A stretch of DNA of 64,000 nucleotides, taken from assembly GCF_009914755.1 (NCBI RefSeq), contig NC_060948.1; one strand, written 5' to 3'. The translations under genes were made by a program, and so were the position numbers. Each line of letters starts with the position of its first letter. Positions within the stretch are counted from its first letter, which is position 1. The stretch is from the human T2T-CHM13v2.0 reference genome, Homo sapiens. The notes under the pieces were generated by a model. That model worked only from the letters and a program-made list of their open reading frames with translations. It was not told the DNA's origin and did no database searches. Below, one piece after another: positions 50,771 to 63,726 of the stretch.

Positions 50771-52937
50771 AAAAGAGAAGGTTTTTGTAAAAGGAAGAGT
50801 CAATTGATATGGCAAACTTCGCTGCTGTTTTATTTTTTAAAATTGCCACAGCCACCCTAATCTTCAGCAACCACTACTCTGGTCAACAGTCAATGTGAAG
50901 ACAGCACCTTTCACCAGCAAGATTTACAACTCACAGAGGATGAGATGATCCCTTGCATTTCATTTGTTCTAGCAATAAGCATTTTTAAAGTATGTACATT
51001 TTTTGGACATAATACTATTGTACACTTAATAGAGTACAGCATAGTATAAACCAAACCTTACGTGTATCATGAAACCAAAAAATTCGTGTGACTGACTTTA
51101 TTGCAATGTTTGCTTTACTGTGATGGTCTGGAACTGAATCCACGATATTTCTCAGGTATGCTTGTGTCCAGTTTATTTAAAGATTCCAAATAAAACCATA
51201 CTATTTTTATTTGAAAGGCAGACCTAGAAAAAAAGAAAAGGATATTTTTATACCTGCATGCCTAGAAATCTGCTGTATTTAAGTTGTGCGGCAAGCTGGA
51301 CAAAACTATAATGATCTGCAGAATTTTGCAATTTAAGTCTTAGCCCTTCTCGATTATTCTAGAAACCGAAACAGCTGTAGTGGACAACCAATCACTTACT
51401 ACAATAACTTAAGGTTGGCATGGTTCAGGTCCACTAGAAAACAGAATCAAACACAGCTAAGTCTACAATTACATGCTGCTTCTCCAACATACAATTTACT
51501 CCAAATCTCTTCGGACCCTTAACAGGAACACATGTGTCTTGTGCTTGGTATATTCCAGAAACCTTTTGAGTTTTCGGAAACAACAGATTATTTATTGATT
51601 ATGCTCTAGTGAATGGCCAATCATGGGCCCTTAGATAAAGGCTCACCTGTGTCCCAAGTCCTCGCACTGGCCTCCACCCTCAGCCATCTCCTTTGCAAAT
51701 GTAGAAGAGAATGTACATTTCACCTAGCAAGGTTAAAACCCAAAGGCACAGTGTCAGCCCCCAGGGGAGACAGGGCAAAGAAAGAATGTGAACCTACCAC
51801 CAGAGTTGCTTTGACTTTCACAGCAAGACCCAATAAATATGATGGAAGGAGGGTAGGTTGTGATTACCATCTCATTCCAACTAGGATCTCTGCACATTCT
51901 GGGGTTAAAAAATAACCACCTATGGAAACATGTGGAATGATCCTTCACTTTGCTCCACCTTCCTCAGAAATGTGCCAAAACTCTTAGAAACCCCACTTGG
52001 AACGAATGACTTGATAACATCAAGGAGTAAGAACAGACTGAGGCTGAAAAACTTGTGGGCTACAATTTTAAACCTCAGATGTATTTCATGGGGTCACATG
52101 ACAGCATGCACAAATTCTTCTGAAAATCCATCTAGGGCATGTGTTAATATTATGTAAGTCTATTTTTGTCATCAGCTATATGGATGTTTCAGTGTCTAAA
52201 GAAACAGCCTATGTGAAGTTAATAAAGAATGATAGTGTGAAACACTCATACTGTAGTCTGTGGGATTTTGACCACATGGTGGACATGACTGTCAACTGTC
52301 TCAAGCAGCCCACAATCCCATCGGTACTGGGCTTGGTGATCACCACAGAGACCCTACCTCTGTGACCATTTACAGTCTCCTGGGCCCCAGACAGTGAGGC
52401 AGGCACTTACAGTCCCAAGTGCTATTATTTGGTAAGGTGGAAGCTATGGGAGCTTAATACTATGGGAATAGAATTCAAAGAATAAAACCCTGTTTTTAAC
52501 TCAAGACAGAATTATGCTGAGCTATGGGAGTCCTGAGAAGCTATGGGAGTTCTGCAAGAAGGCACAGAACATGTCTTCATTCAACTATATAAAGGTAAAC
52601 TACAAGTGACTTATTAAAATCCTGCAATCTCAATTTATAAAGACATGGTACATTACGGTCAATAAGAACTGCAAATGTTCTTATTACTCTTTGCAATCTA
52701 CATTATTGTTTTACGATGTTTTAAGAATTTCAAAATAAGCTTATTTCCCTTTGATTTTTTAAAAGAATTTTAAATAAAATTGTATTAGACTCCAAGAAAA
52801 CACATTTTACACGTACCACGTTTTACACACACCACAATTCCTAATTCTGAATATTCTTAACACCCACCCTCTGGCTGGCCCTCCCAGCACAGCCATTATC
52901 AACAGACATCATGGGTTGCTCCACAAAGACTTAGATC

Positions 52938-53242
52938 CACGCTGTCCAAGCCAGTAGCCATGCAACAAGTGAGGCTACAGAGTGCTTGAAATGAGGCTAG
53001 TTCAAACTGAGATGTATTGCATGTATAAAATACACACAGGTTTTGAGGACCTAGTATCAAAATTAATGTCAAACACTTCGATTATTTTCTTATATTGACT
53101 TTGTATTAATTAACATTTTTAACAAATTAGGTTATATAACATACATCATCCGAATCAATGTCATCTATATCTTTTTACTTATTAAAAGTTGCTCCCAGAA
53201 AATTTTATCTGGCCCAAATCTATTCTATGAGACAAAGCTGCT
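52938..53242. mobile_element. MER33-like hAT MITE
   Basis: CGCTGTCCAA...TGCTTGAAATGAGGCTAGTTCAAACTGAGATGT. Confidence 0.65.
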
Positions 53243-54689
53243 CTGGACACATGACTGTCTTCTGTTTTTAAAGAAACTAGGACCATCTTTTGTGCTCCTA
53301 ATTTCAGTTATTTACCAACTGAATCTTTCCTGTCCAGCAGCTGAGATATTGTTTAATTAACTTGTCATCTTCTTCTTTCAAAATCTTGTTCCAGTTTATA
53401 ACTAATCTCAGTCCGCTTTTCTCCTTTTCTGAATGGCATTTGAGAGCCAGAGTTATTAGTATTAACTAAATCATAACTGACTGTTTCCTTAGTCAAGAGA
53501 AATCAAATCCCACGGGTGTTTTTTTGTTTTTTTTTTCTTTTTAGGGAAAAAAAAAAAAAAAAGGACCTAACAGCATCACACATGTCAAAAGCATGGGAAG
53601 GTGCCCTGGTTTTCTTCCTGGTCGACATTAACTGTAAACTTTGCATTTACTTCCTCATTCTCCTCTGATTGAACAAATGTCTCCTGTAATGTCAACAATT
53701 CTTCATGCAACTATTTGTTTTCAATTTTACTTCCCCAAGTATGCAAGTATTGGTGCTACATCGACAAACAGAACTTCCTAGGAAAATACATTCAAAATTC
53801 CCAAAAAACAGACCTACTGCAAAATACCTCATTATAAATTGATGATACATTGTTATGCAGACAACAGATACACTGAAGTGAGGTACTAAAGAATGAGAGC
53901 AGGCATAATCTGGTAGATTAAAGTGGTACACTTTGGAATGCTGTATTTTGTATTCATACATTTTGTGAGAAAAAATGGGATAAGGAAACGTATATTGCCA
54001 AGGTAATTTTGCAAAGCCTTACCAACTCAAAGAAGAGGTAGGGCCGGAAAGGAGGAAATGGATAGAAAATGAGGGAGGGGAATAAAAAGAGCTACAGCTT
54101 ATTTTTCCAAATAGCACTAATTGTTGGTTATCAGAGGACTAGATCAGAGGATTGGGTAACAATGTGAGGTCCACGCTTGTAATGCCATTTAAGTCACATT
54201 CATCACTTCAGGGCATGGCTATGTGCAAATTCAGAATGAGAATTAGGAATCAAGCTCATTTAGAAGCTTAATAAATTTAATTTTAATGAGACATCTTGTT
54301 TGGCCTTAAAATTCATGAGACTCGCAGAACAGGTTATCTGGACCTTCCATTAGAGGGTAAGAAATATATTTGACAATTTAACTTTTTGACCACCAGAGTA
54401 GGAAAAATCTTGTCTACAAACTATACTTATGTATCTCAGAAGCTTTATGAAATTGACTCATTTCAAATTTAGTAGCGCATACACCATTGGCTCCAATTAC
54501 AGACCTCTGTAGGGAGTATTTTTTCTTTGGAATTCCTCAATTTATATCTCTGTGCTCATAAAATGAAGAGACTGGTTTTCGTGTGCCTTTTTAAAAGAAA
54601 ACAATTCTAGTGAGCTACCCAGAAATATGATGAGCAGGAACAAGGTCACATTCACAATTTAAGATGAGTTCATCATCATTTATATTTAG

Positions 54690-54830
54690 AACTGGATCAA
54701 TCCAGAATCATTTCTAAGCTTGGCCTCTTACTAGCTGTGTGACCTAGGGCGAGTAGCTTTACCTCTCTGAGCTGCAGGATTTTTTCTTTTTTTTAATTGG
54801 TGAAATGCAAATACTTTCTCCTAATGTGCA
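54690..54830. mobile_element. MIR fragment
   Basis: CTTACTAGCTGTGTGACCTAGGGCGAGTAGCTTTACCTCTCTGAGC core. Confidence 0.7.
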
Positions 54831-55254
54831 GAGTTTTGAAATGAAGGAATGATATACATAAACAAGCAGGTCAGCAGTCTACACAGAGTATGCAGGAAGG
54901 TTTACAGATCTGTGAAGCCTCCTGGTGAATATGAGATTACAACATATGTTTCACAGTGTTAATTCTGTTGAGGCTTTGGGTAAAGCTCAGAATAGTTTTG
55001 TCTTGAGTTAAAAACAGGGTTTTATTCTTTGAATTCTACCCGAATTCCTCTTGGCTGGTGAAGTTCACATGTGCTATGTCTGGGTTTGTTAATGTCTCAG
55101 ATCCATACAGCAGGTTCTCAAACGCTCATGCACTTGTGTTAAAATGCAGATTCTCACTGGGCAGGGGGAAGGTGGAACCACTGCTGCTACATTCAAAAGT
55201 GGCTCCCAGGTGATGTCTCTGGTGCTGGTCACCCTTAGCAGCCAGGCCACTTGG

Positions 55255-55480
55255 CAGATCTTCTGTGCCTCTACATTGTTGACAGCACGGGTAATTTCTT
55301 TTGGTTGCATAGGACATTCCTGTGCACTGCAGGAAGTTTAGTACTACTCCTGGTCAGGACCCCACTAAATGCCAGTGACCCCATCCCTTCATGCCAGCTG
55401 TGACATCCAAAATGTCTCCCGACATCTCCATTAGAGGATGCTCTCAGGCCGGCAAAACCCTGCCTAGTGGACAACCACTA
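55255..55480. mobile_element. MER20-like MITE
   Basis: CCTGTGCACTGCAGGAAGTTTAG...CCACTAAATGCCAGT...AAAATGTCTCC...AACCACT. Confidence 0.7.
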
Positions 55481-55555
55481 CCTTGTAGGATGCTACCATC
55501 AAGATGCGCCCTCAGCAACAACCAGGCTATTTTGCAGACAGCAAAACTGAGGCGG

Positions 55556-56157
55556 TGTTGGGGATTCACTCAGGATGGTGGCAGAAATATTACTGGGAAA
55601 TATTAGGGAAAGTTATAGGGAATAGTCACAAACCTTTTTGGAAGGCGGAAAGGTTCCATAGCTTGTAATAACTGAACAGACTGAAGGCAGCCGGTTCTCA
55701 TCTTACAGCATTAGTCATAAGGTAAATACTAGGGATAATAGAGGCTTCCCAGTTAAGTCTGTTTACCCTACCTCCATTAATTAACCTTTGAGCCAGATGG
55801 CCTTCTTAGGGGGAGGTCGACTAGGGAGATTGCCCCCTAATGGTATTTACCTTAGACCTCGGTGCTTGAGCTGTAATCATTCCTAGAACTACTCTCTTAA
55901 CCATGTCAATTATCCACAAGTGTGTTTACTCAGTTTGTGTTGTTAATTGTATACGAAATAAATGCCTGGAGTGCCAGCTGCTCAGGGCCGCCGCAGTGAC
56001 AAACCTCTCTTGGTGTGCAGGCGGTCGGACACTCAGCTGGACAGGCAAAGCAGAATACCTTTCTGTCAGTGTACGTTTCATTCATACATCGTTTGGGTCA
56101 GGGTCTCCGGCCAGATACCCGCAGCTAATGCCCTCAAGTGTGAGGTGCAACACCTCA
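55556..56157 (+). mobile_element. Solo LTR, LTR22-like (HML-5/HERV-K22)
   Basis: TGTTGGGGATTCACTCAGGATGGTGG...CACCTCA, AATAAA near 55957, 6-bp TSD AGGCGG/AGGCTG at 55550-55555 and 56158-56163. Confidence 0.8.
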
Positions 56158-56159
56158 AG

Positions 56160-57290
56160 GCTGGGCACCGCTCAAGGTCGCAAGCCTGGGTAAGAGAAGA
56201 GAGGACTGAGGTCCGGCCCCACCGCGCTCTGTGTAGAGGACGCAAAGCCCAGCGCGGGCCCGGTGGTCCCAAGGCACCGCGCCTACGTGCCCAGGTCCCA
56301 CACATAGGGCGACCGGAATCAGGTGGTGGGGCCGCACAGACTCCGCGACCACTCGCCACCATCGGCCCAGCCCGCTGGCGTTGCTGGACGCAGCTCCACT
56401 TTGGGGCCGGCTCCCGTGAGCACTGGAGCCCGCGGGTCCCTGCTGGAACGCTGCACAGTCGCGGCAACCCAGCCATGACGTACCACCCGCCGACAGTTGC
56501 CACGCCTGCCCAGGACCGCCCTCACGGAGGCGGTGGCCACAGACTACCCATCCAGAAGAAGTCCTTCCATGTCAAAGATGAGGTGGGTGAAGGGCTGCGG
56601 CTGGGGCAAGGGCGGGGACACAGCCCTGTTGCCGCCTTCTGGGTATGGGTGAGGCCGAGAAACAAATGCGCGCGCACTCGCCCTCCCCGCGCACGCGCAC
56701 TCAGGGCCTCTTCGCGCCTTCCTGGCCGGTCGGCTTATGAGCATCTGGCGGCCCCTCTGCCTGCTTCGAGCCTGGGCGACCTGGGCGGCGTATCGCCGCT
56801 TCGCGCACGCGCACGCGCACCTTGGGCGTTAGCCGCAGTAGCAGCCGCAGACCCGGGATGTGGTGCGAACGGGCGCGATGCTTTTACCGCTGTTCCTTCT
56901 CATTCACACCGGAATCGGGCCAAGCTACTCAGCCAGCGACCGCGCAGAGCCGAGGCCCTCGCCTGGGGGCAGATTGACTGCTCGAATTTGGATCAAGGGT
57001 GTGAAGGAGGATGGAGGGACCATGCAAGGGGCTGTCGACTGGGGAGAGGGGGTTGAAGATGCGCAGGACGCATCACTGCGAGCCATAAGGTTGCAGACAA
57101 ATGGCATTCGTCACGGAATTCCCTGGGTGGTTCGCCCGAGCCTGGAACGCCAGCCCCTGGACCGTGGGTGGGTTTCTGCCATCCTTGCCTGCCCGCCTCC
57201 CCGTTGTCCTGGACTGCGACCGGAACGGCGGCCACGCATGCGCAGTGTGCGGAGAGGGTCCACAACCTCTGTCGCAGGGCAAAGCCAAGT
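56160..57290. promoter_or_regulatory. CpG island / putative bidirectional promoter
   Basis: Dense CpGs against a CpG-poor background; NRF1-type GCGCACGCGC repeats (~56688-56700, 56802-56820), CGCATGCGCA at 57235-57244, GC box near 56610, CCGGAA at 57220. Confidence 0.9.
56552..56627 (-). pseudogene. PUDP: Degenerate first coding exon of a PUDP (HDHD1, pseudouridine-5'-phosphatase) homolog; non-processed pseudogene, likely the Y-linked copy
   Basis: Translates PQPFTHLIFDMEGLLL versus remembered PUDP N-terminus MAAPPQPVTHLIFDMDGLLL; homology stops where intron 1 is expected. Confidence 0.85.
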
Positions 57291-57577
57291 TGAGCAAGGA
57301 GGATGTTGAAATAATACTAATCGTCAACATGTCTGGCTGGTTATCCCTTCTTAGGTATTTGTATTTTGGGATACTCTGAGTTTTCTTCCTTTTAAACTTT
57401 TCAAATGTAACCTAACAGCTTTTATTTCTCTCTGTTAGCCATCGTCGGAAAAATATTTTTTTTGTCCCTGTTTATATTTCGTGTTCCTTTATATGTGAAT
57501 GGTATATTCACATTTAAGGACAAGGATTGGACCTTTTGCGAAGAGGAAATAAGAGAACTTTAAGACTTTAGAAACGT

Positions 57578-57883
57578 GGCCTGGCGCGGTGGCTCATGCC
57601 TGTAATCTCAGTATTTTGGGAAGCTGAGGCTGGCGCATCACTTGAAGTCGGGAGTTCAAGAGCAGCCTGGTTAACATGGTGAAACCCCGTGTCGACTAAA
57701 AATACAAAAATTAGCCGGATATGATGGCACGGTCCTGTAATCCCCGCTACTCAGAGGCTGAGGCAGGAGAGTCGCTTCAACTTGGGAGTCAGAGGTTGCA
57801 GTGAGCTGAGATTGTGCCATTGCACTCCAGCCTGGGCGACACAGCAAGACTCCGCCTCAGAAAAAAAAAAAAAAAAAAAAAAA
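57578..57883 (+). mobile_element. AluS-like element
   Basis: Dimeric Alu with poly(A). Confidence 0.95.
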
Positions 57884-57894
57884 ACAGCAAAAAC

Positions 57895-58035
57895 GTCAGT
57901 GGCTCACATCTGTAATCCCAGTACTTAGAGAGGTGGAGGTGGGGGTTGGGAGGTAGCTTGAGCCCAGAAGTTTAAGACATGCCTGGGCAGTATAGCGAGA
58001 CCCCATTATCCACAAGCGAGGAAAAAGACAAAAAA
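57895..58035 (+). mobile_element. Alu left monomer / FLAM-like
   Basis: GTGGCTCACATCTGTAATCCCAG...GCTTGAGCCCAGAAGTTT. Confidence 0.75.
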
Positions 58036-58386
58036 CAGGTATAACGACATTAGGGTATATTTCTAGTTTAGTGCCTACATGGTGGACGGGAGTATGCTTG
58101 GATTCAGCAAGAACACTTACCACCTATGATAGACAAAGTGCCCCTGTGTCTGTTTCTTCCTGGGTAAAAATGGAGGTGATACAGGAGGTGAGGCAGGTCA
58201 AGCCCTTGGTACTAATGCATAGTATATAGTCAATAAAATTATGTGTTTTTAGAGTTGATATTATAAGAGAGCTTCCCCCTTTAATGCAATCTTGATTTCC
58301 CTTTGAGGACTCTTGATTACAGAGAAGGCAATTTATGAGCAAATTCGGAAGGGACTTGTGACTCAAATGCAGTCATTCATGGTTTC

Positions 58387-58799
58387 TGTATTAGTTTGCT
58401 ATAGCTGCCATAGTAATGTACCACAAACTAAGTGACCTAAACAGCAGACATACATTGTCTCACAGATTTGGAGGCCAGAAGTCCCAGATCAAGATGTCAG
58501 CAGGCTTAGTTCCTTTTGCGGGCTGTGAGGAAAGGACTTATTCCAGGCCTCTCTCCTCACCTTGATCGTGGCTTTCCTTTCCCTGTAACTTGTCCTCTCA
58601 TCTTCCCTCTGTTTGTATCTCTGTATCCAAATTTTCTCCTTTTAACAGAACACCAGTCTTACTGGACTGAGGACCACCTTAATGACTACATTTTAATTTT
58701 ATTTCCTTTGACAAGAACCTGTTTCCAAATAAGGTCACATTTGAAGTAGTGGGGAAGAGGACTCCAACATATCTTTTTGTGGAACACAATTCCACAATA
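58387..58799 (-). mobile_element. MLT1 (B/C-like) LTR
   Basis: TGTATTAGTTTGCTATAGCTGCC...TTTCCAAATAAGGTCACATT. Confidence 0.82.
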
Positions 58800-60448
58800 G
58801 ATGCATTCCACACACATTGCTGTGGTATCTACAGTAAGTGTGACAGTATTTCCCACCTGGAGTCTTAAGAATTCTGCCTCCCAGTTTCTTTCCATTCTCT
58901 GGAAACAAAAGGATGCACACATATCATAATTACAATTATTTTTTGGTATCATAACCATGTCACATTTCTGTTTAGTCATTAAGTTCAAAAAGTATTTTTC
59001 AAAGAGGAAAAAGGCCCCAGTGCCATTTGATGAAATGACAAAGCCTCACAGCAGTTGTGGAAGAGACATATTGAGAAACCTTATGTACTTCAGCTCTCCA
59101 CAGATGTGAAAACATGGTTCACATCATTTTTAAATAAATCTTACATTCTATGCTTTCTAGTAACATGCCCTTGCATAACATGGAAGACTCCTCTGCTTAA
59201 AAAAGCAAATTATGTGAATGTTTCTCTGTCACAAGCTGGATTGGAAAAGAATAATATTTTGTTCTAATGATGTGGTATGTACACATACAAAAAGTTGGTT
59301 TTTAGCTTTTCATAATTCTCCAACAGCCAAAGATGCACAGCTTTTATGCGGATGGGGATTCTGCATTTCCTTCCATGAATTATAGTTTATTTTTGTACAA
59401 TTGTGTTTTCCCCATGGGACAATAATTTGCTTTTCCTGACAACTGTAAGATACAATAGAAATAATCCAGTAAACTACAGTATGGTGGCATCAAAAGCACA
59501 TTAACAACTGATGGAACAAATAAATAGATTGTCTTCTTTCACACAAGATACAAACTTACACATGCCATTCATTGTGTGTGTTTTTATACCATCCTGTATG
59601 AAGTCTTTAGTTTATTTCAAATTTCTTAGTTTGCGCTTCTGGTTCTTGTGTCTCTGTGCTTTTGTTATCTGTTGTATTTGGTTTCCACTTTGCTATATCT
59701 GTTTTCTGTGAGCCTCTTTTTCCCCATTCTTCACTTTACTTTTCTGAGTTACACATCTTCCCCAGCATAGATGAAATGTGGTAAGTTGGACTAGAGACCA
59801 TCTTTTTCAGTGGCTGTCCACTGTCCACTTTTCTTGATGATGCTGAAAGACCAGAAAGCTCTGACTTCTGTCTGATGAGGCCTCAATTAGAGCTCCTCAT
59901 TGCAGATTTACCTGCCATCTTCCCCTGTATAGTTGTCTTGGCAATGCTAACCTAAGGAGTTTTTTGCTTCAGCGGCACTAAATTTTCTCACCTTTTCCCG
60001 TTGCTGGTTTCCTCCAAGCCCAGCGAGCTCTGGAAGGGAGCCTGACATAGATGGCTGAATTCGCCACTCCTGGCTTTGTACTCTAGTATATATCTGGTAC
60101 TTTTGTCGGGTGGGTCATTATTTTTGAATGCCTTCACCATCAGACTGCAATCTGACTCTGAGCAAGAGGACCAGTTTGCTTCTCCGGAATGGTGGACAAC
60201 AGATAGGATCTGAACTGGCAGCGTCAGCATCCCCTGGGAGCTGGCTAGAAATGCAGAATCCCAGCCACTACCCCCAGAGCAACCGATTCAGCGTCTGCCT
60301 TTCAACAAGGGCATCCAATGTTCTGGACCACTGACCCCCTCCTGGGGTATACCAGCTACTTCATTGTGGGGAGGGGGCTTATGAGAAGCTCTACTTAGGA
60401 TTACTATTTTAATATAAAGAAGTAGCAAATATGTTAAGCTTTACAAAC

Positions 60449-60746
60449 ATTTATTTTATTTTATTTTTTGAGATAGGGTCTTGCTGTGTTATCCAGGCTG
60501 GAGTGCAGTGGTGTGTGATCTTGGCTTGCTGCAAACCCCTCCTCTTTCATTCAAGGGATCCTCCCACCTCAACCTCTGGAGCAGCTGCTACCACAGGTGC
60601 CTGCCACTATGCCCAGCTAATTTTTGTATATTTGTTAGTAGAGGCTATGTTAGCCAGGCTGGTCTCGAACTCCTAACCTCAAGCGATCCACCCACCTCGG
60701 CCCCCAAAATGCTGGAATTACAGGTGCGAGCCACCGCACTCAGCCC
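60449..60746 (-). mobile_element. AluJ-like element
   Basis: Antisense diverged Alu. Confidence 0.9.
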
Positions 60747-61324
60747 TGACATTTAATATTTGTGTGAACACTGGTCAATGTTCTTGTGTCCTGGTCTTTC
60801 CTGCAGGTATTCTTGCAGAGAGGAGGGAAGACATCATTGCTGTCAACCATTTTATTTGATTTCAGCATAGTGCAATGTACATATTAAGGTAAAGTGTATT
60901 TACAGCTTATATTATTTAACTTTTAAAATAACTCTCAAAAAATGGACGGACGTATTAAATACATACCTATGAAAATAACAAAATGTAGCTTCCAATTAAT
61001 AAAAAGAAAGTAGAAATTCCAGCATCAGCTTTATAGTCTTCATTAATGATTAAAAATCATGTTTTATAATATCCATAATGTTAATGCCTAAGTAGACATA
61101 CACTACTCTAAAATAGCACATATGAAGGTAGGATGTGCGCTTCAGAAATGTGGGGAAGTGAGGCATGTGGTCAGACCCTAACATGCATTTGAATGTCCTC
61201 TGTCCTCCCAGGATTCTCACTCACTAGACGTGACTGGCCATCTGAGAGAGGGGCTCAGGCTTCATCACACCCCACCCTTTATCATCGTATTGTTCCAGGA
61301 TTTAGGGTTCCTGACTTCAAACAA

Positions 61325-61940
61325 TTCCCTCCTCGCTTGCCACTCTCTCCCTTTCTCCTTCCTTCCCTTCCTTTCCTCCTTTCTTCCTCATTTTCTGTCC
61401 TCTTAGACTCCCTCCCTTTCTCCTTCCCTCCCTTTCTTTCCCCCTCTCTTCCTTTGTCTTTCCCCTGTCTTCCTTTTTCTCTTCCTTCTTTCCTGTCCTC
61501 CTCCTTGACTCCCTTCTTCTCTTCTTGCTGCCTTTCCTTTCCCCTTCACTGTTTCTCTGCCTTCCTTGATGCTCTCCTTTACTCTCCCTCTCTCCTTTCT
61601 TCTGTTCCTCCTCCTCTCTTTCCATCTTCCTCCTAACCTCCTCCTCAACTCTCTCCCTGTCTCCTTCCTTCCTTTCCTTTCCTTCTTCTCTTTTTCCCTG
61701 TCTTCCTTCCTGACCTCCTCCTCAACTCCCTTTCTCTCTTCTTCCCTCCCTTCATTTCCTCCTTCTCTCTTTCCCTATTGTCCTTCCTTTCCTCCTTGAC
61801 TCCCTCCATCTCTGCTTCCTTCACTTCCTTCTGTCCTTCTCTCTTTTCCTGTCTTCCTGTCCTCCTCCTAAACTGCCTCCTCCTCTTCTGCCCTCCCTCC
61901 CTCTTTTCCTTTTTTCTTTCCCTCCTGATGTTTCCTCTGG
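61325..61940. repeat. CT-rich low-complexity polypyrimidine tract
   Basis: ~600 bp almost entirely C/T on the plus strand. Confidence 0.95.
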
Positions 61941-63557
61941 CATAGCCCCCTCCCTCCAGGACCTGCGAGGGGTCCGTGTGCCCATAATGGATACAACTGG
62001 GGATGCCAGCATCTTGGGCCTCTACAGTGTCTTGCACCACATTCACCAGGAGGGGTGCCCACTGGCCCTGCCCACTGAAGCTTCTCTCCTTGAGTGGAAT
62101 CACAGCTGGAGCTCACCATGCAGAGTGCTGAGTGCCATCTCTAATGTGCACCTTGCATCATCACTGCTTCTTAATAAAACACATGCTCACCTGCAAGGCT
62201 CTTAGTCCTGTCACATTTTGTGCAAGTTGCTTGTTGCTCTGTTCACTTTTCAGAAGTGTTTATAAAGGCCATGTGCTGAGAGTCTGAGATGAAACAGTGA
62301 TTAGCTGTTCATGGTAAAAACTGGCTTGTTTCATAACAACAATTGTAATAGCCACCAGCTGTCATATAATTAGGATATACTCACAACTTTATAAATGATC
62401 TCTTATTTCATTGGCTCAGCAACTTTGCAAGGTAGACAGTGGAGTGCTTCTTCTTACAGAAATAAAGAAATGGAGCTTGAGGGAAGCCAGGTACCTTGCC
62501 ACAAGTCGTATAACTAAAAACAATCAGGATGGAGAGTTGAACCTCCATTGGTCTTCCTTTCTCAAAAAAAGAGCCAAAAGGCAAAATCTATTATTATGTT
62601 TTCTATGCCTTTTCAAAATTTCTTAAATGGTAAGTAATTAATACCACATGTGAATAGATAATATCAAAATCAAATACAAATATGACTGTCCAATTAAAGG
62701 GGGGGAAACAATAAGGAGAAGGAAGCTTCAAAAAATAAACAAGAAACATTAGTTTTCTGCAATTCTGATATCAGTGGAGCATGTCGGTGATAACATGGTC
62801 CTGCTAGTCATTTCTAGAATCGAAAGTTTTTAGCTTTATTTTACTTCCATTCAACTCCTGTGCTTCCTGGTGCAAGCTAACATCTGGAGAGAACAGAAAG
62901 TTGGTTGCATAGCCACTTCCCTCAGCTTCCCCATAATCACATTAACCTGGAAAATGTGCTGAATAGGTCCTTGCTTCCTCAATCCACAAGCCATGTGTTC
63001 ACTTGAAACTCCCATTTCTGTGGTCAGTGATGGTCTTCCCATTTTTTTTTAAACACAATTCCCATACTTACTCAACAGAGAACATCACACATGCTCTTAA
63101 AAAAGAAAGTAGTATCTCGCTCAAACGCACATTAGAAATGCCAGACGGCTGTTAGGCATAGGATCCATTGTGATTTAAATTCTGCCTCACCCACTGACTT
63201 TCTTGAAGCAATCATTCAGTAAGGCTGTGGGACTTTTCCAAGTCACTGTGACACAAAACACATTTGAAAAGCAGAATAAATTTACAAGGTAAAATTCAGA
63301 GAATGAGATTCTTAGGTACTTCCAATAGTTAAGATTTTTAAAAACTTGAAACAGGATGTGTGTATATATGTATACACATAAATAAAGTATATAATCTATA
63401 TAAATAACATTGCTGTGTGTGATTTTTAAAAACTTAAGAGGAAATGCCTTTATATATAACTTACATATGTTTAATTTGTATATATTCACAAATTTACATA
63501 TTTTATTAAAAATAATGCAAGTGCATGTAATTAAGAAAGTTAAGAAGAAAGATGATT

Positions 63558-63726
63558 ATAGTAGGTTCTCACTTAACATTGTTGGTAGGCTTTTTGAAAC
63601 TGTGACTTCAAGCAAAGTTGTGCACAACAAAACCAATTTTTCTCTCTTCAACTTTATAACAAAATATTGTTGAATGAAACAACCTGCTGTATATTGGTCT
63701 TCTTAAAGTTGCAATTTCTAAGAATC
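63558..63726. mobile_element. Tigger-type MITE fragment (MER82-like)
   Basis: AGTAGGTTCTCACTTAACATTG...GAAACTGTGACTTCAAGC; family from memory. Confidence 0.5.

Larger units (their letters stand above)
48193..51164 (+). mobile_element. Tigger1 DNA transposon, near full length, with two Alu insertions
   Basis: Tigger1 5' text (TTTACAAATTGAAGGTTT..GGCAACCCTGCGTC), pogo transposase ORF, 3' end ...CTCAGGTATGCTTG. Confidence 0.93.

Noticed and set aside
56544-56744. 66-aa ORF as a functional PUDP with an upstream ATG
   Set aside because: The catalytic motif is altered, the donor is lost and a stop follows immediately.
55962-57056. 364-aa ORF on the plus strand
   Set aside because: Starts inside an LTR, crosses a GC-rich island where stops are rare, is Arg/Pro/Gly/Ala-rich and has no recognisable domain.
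61193-62119. Hydrophobic and Arg/Glu/Lys-rich ORFs
   Set aside because: Translation of the CT-rich tract.
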